From NCBI GenBank assembly GCA_000965745.1, contig CP009479.1, positions 1,760,001-1,824,000 of the forward strand: 64,000 nucleotides of DNA, in the 5' to 3' direction. The first letter of the stretch is position 1. The number at the start of each line of letters is the position of its first letter. The translations under genes and the position numbers were made by a program. This document shows, in pieces, positions 21,468-31,154 of the stretch. The notes under the pieces were generated by a model. It had not been told where the DNA came from and ran no database searches. It was given only the letters and a program-made list of their open reading frames with translations. The DNA comes from an uncultured archaeon (GTDB lineage: Archaea > Thermoplasmatota > Thermoplasmata > Thermoplasmatales > Thermoplasmataceae).

Positions 21468-22643
21468 ATGTACAGAAATAGGAGGAGACAGAATGATTCC
21501 TTTGATTATTTGTTCCTTCTTCCAGGAACACTCCCTTACCCAACTGGCGGGCACAAAGTGACTTATGAGCTCTGCCGCGGGCTCTCCAGAATGGGGTATA
21601 ATGTTGGGCTGGCTTTCATTAATGATGTGTACAAGGAAATCTACCTTGTGGACAAGGACCCATTGGTAAAATCCTTCCTCAAAAAGAGAAAATATGTATT
21701 TCGGCTTTATGAGACAATAGTCAACACTAAAATAGGCTTCAGAACAATCTTGCCGATTTTGCGCTTTCTGATGCGCATCGAATACAAGGAGGAGCTGGAT
21801 GATGTAAGGTTGTTTTTTAGCTTTAAACAGGTATCAAGACATTGTGTCGAGAGAGCTATTGCAGCATCATGGCAGACCTCTTTCCTATTAACGAATATGA
21901 ATGGAGCTAAGCGTAAATATTACTTGATACACCATCACGAGGACGAAATATCTTTCTCTGATTATGTCTTGCCGTTGGCTTCGAAGTCATATGGCCTTGA
22001 TCTCAAGAAAATAGTGATCAATGAGAAGACCTATGACAAGTTCAGGGACTCGAAGCCGATCAGGACTAGAATTGGACATGATATTGAAAAGTATCATTCG
22101 AATATACCTCCTGAAAACAGGATAGCTGACTTGGTTGTTTTTCCACTGCGTGAAGGGTTGGATAAGGGTTCTGAAATTGCATTGCAGGTTGCAGCAGGCG
22201 TTGCTGAGAAATTCCCTAACGCGAGGTTGGTTTCATTTGGAAATTACAGACCGAAGGATATTCCGAAAGGTGTCGAGCATCTTGGCTTTATCAATGATAA
22301 AGACCTAATCAAACTGTTGGGAAACGCTACTGTTTTTTTTCTCCCATCCTTAATCGAGGGGTTTTCTCTCATCGGAATTGAGGCTATGGCCGCAGGTGTG
22401 GCTGTCGTAAGTATTGACAATGGTGGTGTTAGAGAGTACCTTAACGACGGGCAAAATGGGATGCTCGTTTATGAGGATTACATAAATAACTCCATTAGCG
22501 TCATTTCAAGGCTATTGACTCAGAGGGACCTTAGAATAAAATTGGCCAAGGCTGGCTTTGAAACGGCGAAGTTATACTCCTTTGAGTATATGCATGAATC
22601 TTTCTTCAGAGCAATATCAGAATATGAAAGACAGTTAGGGTAA
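21468..22643 (+). CDS. GT4 glycosyltransferase
   Basis: PTGGHK, PSLIEGFSLIGIEAMAAG. Confidence 0.9.
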   Translation: MYRNRRRQNDSFDYLFLLPGTLPYPTGGHKVTYELCRGLSRMGYNVGLAFINDVYKEIYLVDKDPLVKSFLKKRKYVFRLYETIVNTKIGFRTILPILRFLMRIEYKEELDDVRLFFSFKQVSRHCVERAIAASWQTSFLLTNMNGAKRKYYLIHHHEDEISFSDYVLPLASKSYGLDLKKIVINEKTYDKFRDSKPIRTRIGHDIEKYHSNIPPENRIADLVVFPLREGLDKGSEIALQVAAGVAEKFPNARLVSFGNYRPKDIPKGVEHLGFINDKDLIKLLGNATVFFLPSLIEGFSLIGIEAMAAGVAVVSIDNGGVREYLNDGQNGMLVYEDYINNSISVISRLLTQRDLRIKLAKAGFETAKLYSFEYMHESFFRAISEYERQLG

Positions 22644-22684
22644 ATATTGAAACAAATATTTATCCGTCTTAAGTATAGGACAAC

Positions 22685-23710
22685 ATGGCTTCTATTGAGA
22701 TATCTGTCATAATAGTAGCTCATTCAAGAGAGGAGTATATCTTATCTGCAGTAGAGTCCGTTCTGCAACAAACGCTTCCAAGGGGCTTGTATGAAGTAAT
22801 TGTTGTAAAGAATTTTAAGAATCAAAAGATTGACGAGTATCTCAAGAAAGAAAAGGTTAGATCTATATACACTCAAAGCTCTAAGGTTGGAAGCAAATTC
22901 TCAGAAGGTATACTCTCAGCCAATGGAGACATAATTTGCTTCCTGGAGGATGATGATTTATTTTTTCCCGGGAAATTAAAATTCGTAAGGGATACATTTA
23001 TGGCAAATTCTCAACTCGTATTCCTACATAACTCGTTCCATACCATTGATTCAAGAGGTACAGTTCAACCTAATCCATATTATCTCCAATTGAAAAATAC
23101 GGTAGTTATAAGTAGATTAGACAAGAATGAAAGAGACATTTCAGGAATTCTTTCTCAACACGCTTTTCACAATATCAGCTCCATTAGTATCAGGAAAATG
23201 TTAATCAAGGGTAACGGCGATGAGTTCAGAGAAGTTTCTAAAATACCCGACTCATTCCTGTTTTTCCAATCTCTGGATAGCCCGTGGGAACTTATGTTTA
23301 CCTCAGAGTTATTGACATCATTCAGAGTTCATCAGAGTTTAAGCCATGCAAAAGTTTCAAACGTTCAAGAATTTTCAAAATGGATCTCGGGAACAAATGA
23401 GACATTGATTAGAGAAATGGCCAAGACAAGAGAAGTAACGTGTGGAAGTCTTACAAGAGATATACTGCAATTCTATATACTCGAGTACAAAATTCTAATG
23501 GGGCTGTCATCCAAGGGAAGAAACAAGTTGAGCTTAAAAGAACACTCAAATTATCTAAGTTTGTCGAAGAAATTAGGGCTAACGCATGGAAGAAGGATAT
23601 ACCTGGCAGGTATTCTAGGAAAGTTCTTGCCAGTACTGGTCAGCATAATATACTACTTCAGATATAAGAATTTTATGAACCCCTACTCACCTGAACTTGA
23701 TCCGAACTGA
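22685..23710 (+). CDS. GT2 glycosyltransferase
   Basis: ISVIIVAHSR, EVIVVKN, CFLEDDD. Confidence 0.9.
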   Translation: MASIEISVIIVAHSREEYILSAVESVLQQTLPRGLYEVIVVKNFKNQKIDEYLKKEKVRSIYTQSSKVGSKFSEGILSANGDIICFLEDDDLFFPGKLKFVRDTFMANSQLVFLHNSFHTIDSRGTVQPNPYYLQLKNTVVISRLDKNERDISGILSQHAFHNISSISIRKMLIKGNGDEFREVSKIPDSFLFFQSLDSPWELMFTSELLTSFRVHQSLSHAKVSNVQEFSKWISGTNETLIREMAKTREVTCGSLTRDILQFYILEYKILMGLSSKGRNKLSLKEHSNYLSLSKKLGLTHGRRIYLAGILGKFLPVLVSIIYYFRYKNFMNPYSPELDPN

Positions 23711-23798
23711 TGTGGATTCTATTTTCTGTTTTCGCATCCCTTATATAAATAACAATAGATTGCCACGCCACACATATAACATTCAATCCAAGCAGAAA

Positions 23799-25316
23799 TC
23801 AACCTGAGAGAATTCTCTGGATTTTTTCCCGGAGGCCCCGATAACGAGCTGGAAAAGCATCAGCTATTAATCTCGCATCATCTTTTGAAAGAATATGGCT
23901 TGCTCTTAGCAGTATGATATACATGAAAACGCCCAATGGTACGAGATATAATAACGAAAGTACTCCATCTCCCAAAATCAGTTCTACAAGTACAATTAAC
24001 GCGAGCATGATGAGACTTATGGCCCAGACCTTGAGTATTGGCAATGGCATGACATTGTACATTCCTTTCTTTTTAACATAAACATAGAGGATAATTGCCC
24101 TTATCGGAAGCATAAAGCCGAACCCAATGGAAGCACCAAGGATCCCAAGCGTGGGAATCAGAGCAACAGAGAGACCTATATTTGTTGCCAATGACAAAGG
24201 AGATGTAAGGTATGCAATTTTTGTCTGCCTCACGGAGGCAATAATAGCGGAAAGTATGATTGAGGGCAACGACATCGCAGTCAGAAGTAATAACAAATCA
24301 AGGGGGAGAATTGCACTACCGTAATCTGGCCCTCCAAGCAGGTAAACCAGGGGTTTCGAAACCGCAATTAAAAACAGGCTGACAGGTATATAAAGTGATG
24401 AGAGAATCCTCGAAGACCTGTCAACATTACTTTTAAGATCCTCTATGTCACCCCTGGCATAGATTTCTGAGAACTTAGGAATTAGGATCTGGTTAATTGT
24501 CCTGAAGGAACCAAACAAACCAGTAGATATCAGAAGCGATAGATTATAAATCCCAACGGAAGGTACGTTAAGAAAAAATGCGGTGATCAGTTTATCAACA
24601 TGATCTGATGCACTTCCCACCACTACCATCACAACAAAAGGGGCTGCATATTTTAACAGATCCATAGTGCGAATGCTTCTCTTTCCGCCTAAGTGACTTC
24701 TTGATTTCTGCGGGATGTCCGGTAGTAGTGAAATTATTATAAATACTTGGCCTGCAAGAAGACCAATAATAATCAGTGACAATCTATCGAAGAAAATGGC
24801 AAAAACTGTAGCGAGAGAAAATCCTATCACCGAAGAGATTGCATTGATTGAGCTCACTCTTCTGAACTTCTGCATTCCATAAGCCAAACCAGATACTATC
24901 TTAGCGAAGATAGACGCAGAAAGATACACTGATGCTATTCTAAGCACGGGCACATACGAATCACTGTGAAAGAACAGCATTGACAAAACTGGGGAAATTA
25001 AGTAGAGTAAAAGCAGGGAAATAATTGATAAAATGAGACCTATGACGGTGAAATTAGTAACAAGCCAGCTAATTTCTTGTTTATCATCTATGTAGTAAGA
25101 AATAAAATGCGAGGCTGCGTCATAAAATGGAACATAGAAAACTGACGAAAGAATCTGTGTAATCGTGATTACAAGAACTATACTTCCAACCAGCAGCGGC
25201 GTAAAAAGATGCATCAGAAAAGTGTAGAAGACTACTCCGGATACCAGTATTATTGCAGTCGAGACGTACTGGAATACCGCCCCTTGGGATGCAGAATCCC
25301 TGACGTTTATTTTCAA
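23799..25316 (-). CDS. Wzx/MATE-family oligosaccharide flippase
   Basis: ~13-14 hydrophobic segments, DKL..., VGIYN, LIPKFSE, LIPTLGILGA; located in a glycan cluster. Confidence 0.85.
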   Translation of the reverse strand: MKINVRDSASQGAVFQYVSTAIILVSGVVFYTFLMHLFTPLLVGSIVLVITITQILSSVFYVPFYDAASHFISYYIDDKQEISWLVTNFTVIGLILSIISLLLLYLISPVLSMLFFHSDSYVPVLRIASVYLSASIFAKIVSGLAYGMQKFRRVSSINAISSVIGFSLATVFAIFFDRLSLIIIGLLAGQVFIIISLLPDIPQKSRSHLGGKRSIRTMDLLKYAAPFVVMVVVGSASDHVDKLITAFFLNVPSVGIYNLSLLISTGLFGSFRTINQILIPKFSEIYARGDIEDLKSNVDRSSRILSSLYIPVSLFLIAVSKPLVYLLGGPDYGSAILPLDLLLLLTAMSLPSIILSAIIASVRQTKIAYLTSPLSLATNIGLSVALIPTLGILGASIGFGFMLPIRAIILYVYVKKKGMYNVMPLPILKVWAISLIMLALIVLVELILGDGVLSLLYLVPLGVFMYIILLRASHILSKDDARLIADAFPARYRGLREKIQRILSG

Positions 25317-25472
25317 CGCGGTTTTATCGCTAATATATAATTAATTCTTATGGCGCTACTGTTTTCCCCAATAAAGAACGTCCCTTGACCTGTCGGTATG
25401 TAGAATATCAGACTTCCTCCAGAAGCACGATTGATAGAAAACTTCAATAAGACAATAGTTTTTAATGATGAA

Positions 25473-26330
25473 ATGCCAACTTCTGAGGAGAAAGTCACAA
25501 ACTCCAACCCAGTAGTAAATGTCATTATACGTGCATTTAATGCCCAGGCATACATAGGAGCAGCTGTTGATTCCGTTTACAGTCAAGATTACCCTGGCAA
25601 TATACAAGTGCTTATACTCTTTGATGAAGGTACCTCAGACAATACTCTAGAAAAACTCAATCAATTTTTTTCAAAACAAATTTCCAATAGGACAATAGGT
25701 ATCATAAAGCACCCACACATGTCACCTTTCAGATCACTTTTTTACGGACTCAAAATCTCTCAGTCAGACTTTACGACCTTTCTGGATTACGATAACCTCT
25801 ATTCTACCGACTACATTCGTAAAATGATAGATTACTTTTCAGAAGGGAACTCTGACTTTGCTTTCAGTTCACCAGTCTTGATTGATACCTCGGGAAGGAG
25901 AACTGGTGGAAGGCTATATGAAATATCGAAAAATATTCGCCGTCTAAGGCTACGACAGATGTACAGTAATTCGATCGACATAAATACAATTTTTATTAAC
26001 AGGAAAGCGTCCAAGTTAATCTGCAAAAGATTTGAAAGACTCCCATTTCCAACATATGACTGGATTTATGAAGATTGGGTCATTGCAGTCATAGGCTTGT
26101 TCGAGTTAAACGTTGGGGTCATGTATGGAGATTACGTATTTTACAGGACCCATCCACAGAACATTACATACAATATGCACACTGTTCATCTTTCCTCGCC
26201 AGACTTGCATAGGAAAATAATATCCTTAATCGCTATAAGGAACGTTGAGGGCATGCAACTTTCTACACTTCATCTTATGATTCTTGCTATCTACAGTGTC
26301 TATAAGGTTACTATCTCATGGTTCCTGTGA
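25473..26330 (+). CDS. GT2 glycosyltransferase whose stop codon is supplied by the IS481 end
   Basis: VNVIIRAFN, FLDYDN, YEDW, YRTH. Confidence 0.85.
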   Translation: MPTSEEKVTNSNPVVNVIIRAFNAQAYIGAAVDSVYSQDYPGNIQVLILFDEGTSDNTLEKLNQFFSKQISNRTIGIIKHPHMSPFRSLFYGLKISQSDFTTFLDYDNLYSTDYIRKMIDYFSEGNSDFAFSSPVLIDTSGRRTGGRLYEISKNIRRLRLRQMYSNSIDINTIFINRKASKLICKRFERLPFPTYDWIYEDWVIAVIGLFELNVGVMYGDYVFYRTHPQNITYNMHTVHLSSPDLHRKIISLIAIRNVEGMQLSTLHLMILAIYSVYKVTISWFL

Positions 26331-27306
26331 TATCCTGAGTATTGTTTCTTTTTATACTGCCTCTTCTTCCTCACCATTGTTCATCTTCTCCTCATATGCC
26401 ATTGCTGGGGTCACAACAGGCCTCTCTTTATCACTGAGAGACATGTGCCTCCTCTCATTGTTGTAATAGTACACAACTTCCTCCCAGGTGCCGAAGTGCT
26501 TCCTCAATCCCTTCAGTGTACCGTTGAACCTCTCCAGCTTGCCGTTTGTCTGGGGATGCTTCACCCTTGCGAGGATGTGCCTTATTCCCTCTGATTCAAG
26601 GAATCTCTGGAACTCATTTGGACCTCCGGGCTCGCCGTTCTTCCCGTTTGAGAAGAACTGTGTACCATGATCTGTCATGATCTCCCTCGGCTTTCCGTGC
26701 TCTTCTATTGCCTTCCTGAGAACAATGAGGCTGTTCTCAGTGGTGGCAGAATCAAATGATCCAAATCCGACGATGTATCTGGAAGCATCATCCTCTATGA
26801 CGAGGAGCTGCTCTTCCCTGTACTCTGCCCAGTCCATGTGCCACAGTGAGTTTGAGTGCTTTCTTTCGTATCTTACCCATTTTCGTTGTTTCTTCTTGTT
26901 TGGATCTTCCATAGCCATACCCGATTCGATGAGTATTCTGTGTATCCTGTTGTGCGAAATCATTAGGCCATTCTCCATGAGGTAATTCTCAATGGCAATG
27001 GCACCCGCGTTGGGGTGCCTCTGCCTTGCCTCCATGACTGCCTGTATCTCAGCATCAGTGATCTGATGAGGTTTTGGGCCCTTCTCCCTCAGGGTTCTCT
27101 TTCCGATCTCCCTGTAATTCTTCCATATGCTGTTCACGTACTGCACTGTTACATGCATGGAACGTGCTATTTCGCTGCTTGATACACGCTTCTCCTTCTG
27201 ACTGATGATCCACTGTACCTTTCGATCATTGAGCTTCAATCCCGAGGGATCAAGCAATGATAAATCAAACCTGGGTATATATAGAAACTTTTCTCGGGAT
27301 ATTACA
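26326..27306 (-). mobile_element. IS481-family insertion sequence
   Basis: Imperfect 23-bp IRs TGTGATATCCTGAGTATTGTTTC / TGTAATATCCCGAGAAAAGTTTC; 13-bp direct repeat ATCTCATGGTTCC at 26313-26325 and 27307-27319. Confidence 0.9.
26352..27257 (-). CDS. IS481-family transposase
   Basis: N-terminal HTH; WHMDW, EDDASR, TDHGTQF, PQTNGKLER (DDE). Confidence 0.92.
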   Translation of the reverse strand: MLDPSGLKLNDRKVQWIISQKEKRVSSSEIARSMHVTVQYVNSIWKNYREIGKRTLREKGPKPHQITDAEIQAVMEARQRHPNAGAIAIENYLMENGLMISHNRIHRILIESGMAMEDPNKKKQRKWVRYERKHSNSLWHMDWAEYREEQLLVIEDDASRYIVGFGSFDSATTENSLIVLRKAIEEHGKPREIMTDHGTQFFSNGKNGEPGGPNEFQRFLESEGIRHILARVKHPQTNGKLERFNGTLKGLRKHFGTWEEVVYYYNNERRHMSLSDKERPVVTPAMAYEEKMNNGEEEEAV

Positions 27307-27445
27307 ATCTCATGGTTCCTCGGATAAGTGCCATTTTAAGGGCGTTTTTGATCCGATTGATGGTAAGTCTTACCAATAGACTTTATTGATCGGGCAATTT
27401 CTGGGTATTGGACAATTTAATAACTACTGACAAATCTCCAGTAGG

Positions 27446-28762
27446 ATGTATGATGTAGGAATTCTTGGAGGTGGCTGGGCAGGACTCCTTGCTGCAAGGA
27501 TGTTAAAAGAGCAAAACCCTGAAGCTAAGGTCGCAATCTTCGAAAAAGAGGATCTAAACAACATGGGTGGATTGTTGAGATCAGTAAAGAAGAAAGGTTT
27601 CACCTTTGATACTGGAGGACCTCACATATTGTTCAGCAAGGACCAACAAATTCTCGAGAATATTACATCATTACTTGGAGACAACATAAGAAAAGTAGAA
27701 AGGAAAGCTTTCGTTTTCTATGAAGGAAGATACATTCCGTATCCATTCGAGAACGGTATGTTTCTGCTTGAACCTCAGACAAGATCGGAAATCGGAAATG
27801 GAATCATAGAAAGAATGGTGGATATGGCAAGAACACGCGATTGGGTTCCAGCCGACTTCGAGGAGTGGATCTACGGTTTTTTTGGGCAATCTATGGCAAA
27901 TCGGTATATGATGCCATACAACAGGAAGATATGGAAAAGAGAGCCTAGTTCCATGGATGCCGATTGGGTGTTTTCGCCCGGTAGATTGCCGTTTCCAAAT
28001 TTGAAAGATATTATAGATTCAGTAGCAGGAATACCATCTACGGGGTACAAAGAACAGGCCTATTTCTTTTACCCGGCCGAAGGCGGAATCCAGTCTCTAT
28101 ATGATTCTCTATTGCACATCGTAGAATTATTGGGAGTTGATATTTACCCGTCGACTGAGGTCACAAACATCATTTCTGATCGAGATCAGTGGGGTATTAA
28201 CAATGCTCATAATTGCAGGCTACTTGTCAACACCCTGCCTCCTCAGGTGATTGCTCCAATGATCTTTTCACATGAAGATGATAGAAACTTAACAGAAAAG
28301 TTTGATTACAATAGCGTGGTGGTTGTTGGAATAGCCATAGACAAAGAAGCGCCATATCAACATGCAGTTTATGTTCCAGACCCACATGTCGTATTTCACA
28401 GGTATACTTGGATGAACAATCTGACTACGGATACCCCAGCTGGCAAATCCAATTTAATCGCCGAAGTGACTGTGCCAAAGTGGGAAAAGATAAATAAATC
28501 AACTGTCAGGGAAAAAGTCATTGAAGGACTATTTAAATTGCATATATTAGAGTCACGCGACGAGATCTTGTTCTCGGAAGCATGGGTTAATGAATTTGGG
28601 TACCCAATATACCTAAAAGGTCATGGAAAACTGAGGGATAAATTCCAACTTCAGTTAAAGAATCGAGGAATAACAAGTGTTGGAAGGTGGGGTTCTTGGC
28701 ATTACTGGAATACAGACAAGGTTTACCGGGCGGTTGAAAAGGAAATAAGCAGTATTATTTAG
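27446..28762 (+). CDS. FAD-dependent oxidoreductase, UDP-galactopyranose-mutase/PPO-like
   Basis: ILGGGWAGL, GGLLRS, FDTGGPH, PYNRKIW, GRWGSWHY; glycan-cluster context. Confidence 0.75.
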   Translation: MYDVGILGGGWAGLLAARMLKEQNPEAKVAIFEKEDLNNMGGLLRSVKKKGFTFDTGGPHILFSKDQQILENITSLLGDNIRKVERKAFVFYEGRYIPYPFENGMFLLEPQTRSEIGNGIIERMVDMARTRDWVPADFEEWIYGFFGQSMANRYMMPYNRKIWKREPSSMDADWVFSPGRLPFPNLKDIIDSVAGIPSTGYKEQAYFFYPAEGGIQSLYDSLLHIVELLGVDIYPSTEVTNIISDRDQWGINNAHNCRLLVNTLPPQVIAPMIFSHEDDRNLTEKFDYNSVVVVGIAIDKEAPYQHAVYVPDPHVVFHRYTWMNNLTTDTPAGKSNLIAEVTVPKWEKINKSTVREKVIEGLFKLHILESRDEILFSEAWVNEFGYPIYLKGHGKLRDKFQLQLKNRGITSVGRWGSWHYWNTDKVYRAVEKEISSII

Positions 28763-28981
28763 TCTTTAAAACGCCTGACTTCCCACCGTGTTAGACTTGA
28801 TAAGGGAATATTGATCAGTGTACGTGATGATTACCACAATAAATGCTGAAGATTAAGTGACCATCAAGTTGGCTTTTACTATTCATGTCGTATTTTATCC
28901 GCTTTCGAATATAGCAGGGATGAGACTATATGTCTAGAACAAAAATTCATATCACTTTAAGAATATTAACATCAGTAAACA

Positions 28982-29160
28982 TTGGAACCGCAAAATCTTT
29001 TCGAACAACAGCTTGAGCCTCCTGCTAATGTGTCAGTAATCATTCCAGCATACAACGAAGAAGAACGGATCGGGCCAGTTCTAAATGAAATCCTAGATTT
29101 TTGCAAACTAAATTCCTTGAATTTGCAAGTTATAGTATCCATCGACGGTGATGACAGCAC
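28982..29160 (+). pseudogene. GT2 N-terminal fragment cut by IS3
   Basis: VSVIIPAYNEEERI...VSIDGDDS, then the IS3 left IR begins at 29161. Confidence 0.85.
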
Positions 29161-29194
29161 TGATCTGCCCCACCGGAATTTGGAACACTTTTTC

Positions 29195-30070
29195 TCATTT
29201 TTCATCTAGTGCTACCTCCATTTCTTTCGATTCAAATCTTTCCCTGAATGCCTGATCATCCCGGAACTTCCTCCTGAACTCCCTTGGAGGAAGATAATCA
29301 ATGGATGAATGCGGCCTGCATTCATTGTAGTCGGTGAACGCCTTTTCTATTGTCCTGGATACTTCACTGAAATCCCTGAACTCGTTTGGCCAGATGTAAT
29401 CTGTCTTTATGCTGTTGTGGAAGGACTCAATGTTTCCGTTGTCCTCTGGAGTGTGTTTCTGGATATACTCCAGCCTTATCCCAAGGAGTTTCATGGCGTT
29501 CCTGAACTCATGGGATTGATACTGGGGGCCATTGTCAGTTCTCAGTACCAAGTTCTTTGGTACTGTACCATTGAAAGCAAGAAGAACAGCGTTTTCCACC
29601 GATCTTACGGCATCTTTTGCCATGCATGACCTGGAATAATGAAAACCCTGCCATTCCTTCGTGAAACAGTCCTTTATACACATCAGATAGGTCATTCCAG
29701 AATCAGTGGGAATATACGTGATATCAGTTTCCCAGAGTTGATCAGGACCATTTGGACGGAAGAGATTCCTGGACTTTGTTCTCCCTCTGTGTTTTGATGC
29801 AGGAAGGGAGAGATTGTTATCCTTCAGCACCTTCCTGACAGTTTTCTGGTTCACCTTCGTACCTTGGTTCCTCAGTATTGCCCATACTCTCCTGTATCCG
29901 TATGTTGGCCTTTCGGAAGCGATATCCCTGATCTTGCTCTGCACAGATAGATCAAGCCTCTGAATATGTCTCTTCCTGGGTGCGTAATAATATCCGGACA
30001 GTGAGATTCCGGATATTCTTGATGCGTTTCTCAGAGACATCATAGGTTTCAGATCTTCAAGAACCATCAT
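29195..30070 (-). CDS. IS3 transposase OrfB (integrase core)
   Basis: YGYRRV, WETDITY, TDNGPQY, NGNIESF, RPHSS. Confidence 0.93.
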   Translation of the reverse strand: MMVLEDLKPMMSLRNASRISGISLSGYYYAPRKRHIQRLDLSVQSKIRDIASERPTYGYRRVWAILRNQGTKVNQKTVRKVLKDNNLSLPASKHRGRTKSRNLFRPNGPDQLWETDITYIPTDSGMTYLMCIKDCFTKEWQGFHYSRSCMAKDAVRSVENAVLLAFNGTVPKNLVLRTDNGPQYQSHEFRNAMKLLGIRLEYIQKHTPEDNGNIESFHNSIKTDYIWPNEFRDFSEVSRTIEKAFTDYNECRPHSSIDYLPPREFRRKFRDDQAFRERFESKEMEVALDEK

Positions 30071-30345
30071 CTTGACCTCCCTTGTAGCCTTTTTTTAAAA
30101 GCATCTATCACCAGGCTCTGGTCTCCTATGATCTTCTTGAGGTCATCGATCTCCTCGTCCCTGCTGTCAGAATTCCTTCTCTGAGCCAGTGCAGATTTTC
30201 CTCCCTGGATGAACTGTTCTCTCCACTTGCTAAGTTGCACAGGATATATGCCGTGCCTCCGGCATATCTCCGCCTGTGTCACATTGTCTGAGAAGGATTC
30301 CATGACGATCTGGAACTTCTCCTCAGCCGAATATTTGGACTTCAT
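30067..30345 (-). CDS. IS3 transposase OrfA (HTH)
   Basis: KYSAEEKFQIV, ICRRHGI, W; A7G slippery site at 30089-30096. Confidence 0.9.
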   Translation of the reverse strand: MKSKYSAEEKFQIVMESFSDNVTQAEICRRHGIYPVQLSKWREQFIQGGKSALAQRRNSDSRDEEIDDLKKIIGDQSLVIDAFKKRLQGRSR

Positions 30346-30454
30346 GAAGAGACCTCCATGTTCCGGAAAACCACTTTTCGCATGCTCTTTATGTATCTGT
30401 TCTTGTCTATAATATTAATCATAGAGTGTTCCAGTCCTATGATGGTTCGGTTCA

Positions 30455-30669
30455 CCATCCACAAATGGATGTAGCCTTGTAATGCCCTCAAATACAACTG
30501 CAGCTTTAAGATAAATATCAGCATAATTTGCATATCCAAAAATATTGTCTTCCGCCTTTTCGAGAATGGAGCCAACTATATTTCTGTCTCTGAAGCCAGG
30601 TTCTATCCTATTTCTTTTAGACAGCTCCTCATGAATTTGAAAAACGGTTTCAGCGTTAAATGGCGTAAA
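30455..30669 (-). pseudogene. Doc/Fic toxin fragment truncated by IS3
   Basis: Manual translation: FNAETVFQIHEEL...PGFRDRNIVGSIL...KAAVVFEGITRLHPFVDG, ending at the IS end; no start codon in frame. Confidence 0.8.
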
Positions 30670-30675
30670 TTAAGT

Positions 30676-30774
30676 TTAAAGTTTTTCGAGCCTTTCATAA
30701 ACAATTTTACCGATTGGATCTATTTCTGTAAAGAATTCAACATTCTTCCTTACTCTCTCCTTTTCAGTTGCCAT
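30676..30774 (-). CDS. Small ORF (32 aa), possible antitoxin or detached N-terminus of the Doc gene
   Basis: MATEKERVRKNVEFFTEIDPIGKIVYERLEKL, directly upstream of and in frame with the Doc fragment, with a TATA-like TTTATA upstream. Confidence 0.45.
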   Translation of the reverse strand: MATEKERVRKNVEFFTEIDPIGKIVYERLEKL

Positions 30775-30893
30775 TTTATCACTAAACTGTTAGTTGAATG
30801 CTATCTATAAATCTTTCTTAGGTTATTATTAGTTTTCAAAAGGGAAAAACGTGCAATTCCAATATGGCCTAAAATATATCAAGGATAGTCTAC

Positions 30894-31154
30894 GTGACCT
30901 CCTCCCCTATCCTTCGAAAGGGGCTTCCTGCTTCCACGGTTACCAGCGGAACCTCCGCAGGCATGAATTCCCTCCGGCCCGGGGGTACTTTGCCCTCCAC
31001 ACTTAGCCATTCGACTTTACGGACACAGGAACGCATGGAGCTACATGTTATCCGACCCTTCTTCCATTCTGTCTGCTGGTGAGCCGCGTGTTATTTCTGG
31101 AAAAAAGAAAAAGATTTCGCTTTCTTCCCCCCCTTTCGGAAGGGGATTTCCCGC
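30894..31154 (-). mobile_element. Non-autonomous IS200/IS605-family mini-element with a probable TnpB omegaRNA/reRNA end
   Basis: Two related subterminal hairpins (CCCCTT-CCGA-AAGGGG; CCCCT-TTCGAAGGAT-AGGGG); minus strand ends ...GAAGCAGGAAGCCCC...GGAGGTCAC; TTGA precedes the other end; no transposase ORF. Confidence 0.7.

Larger units (their letters stand above)
29161..30454 (-). mobile_element. IS3-family insertion sequence
   Basis: TG...CA ends with imperfect IRs sharing TGGAACACT (29161-29189, 30425-30454); orfA/orfB layout; no target duplication. Confidence 0.88.

Noticed and set aside
30894-31082. 62-aa ORF on the + strand
   Set aside because: It lies within the structured IS605-type mini-element and shows no protein features.
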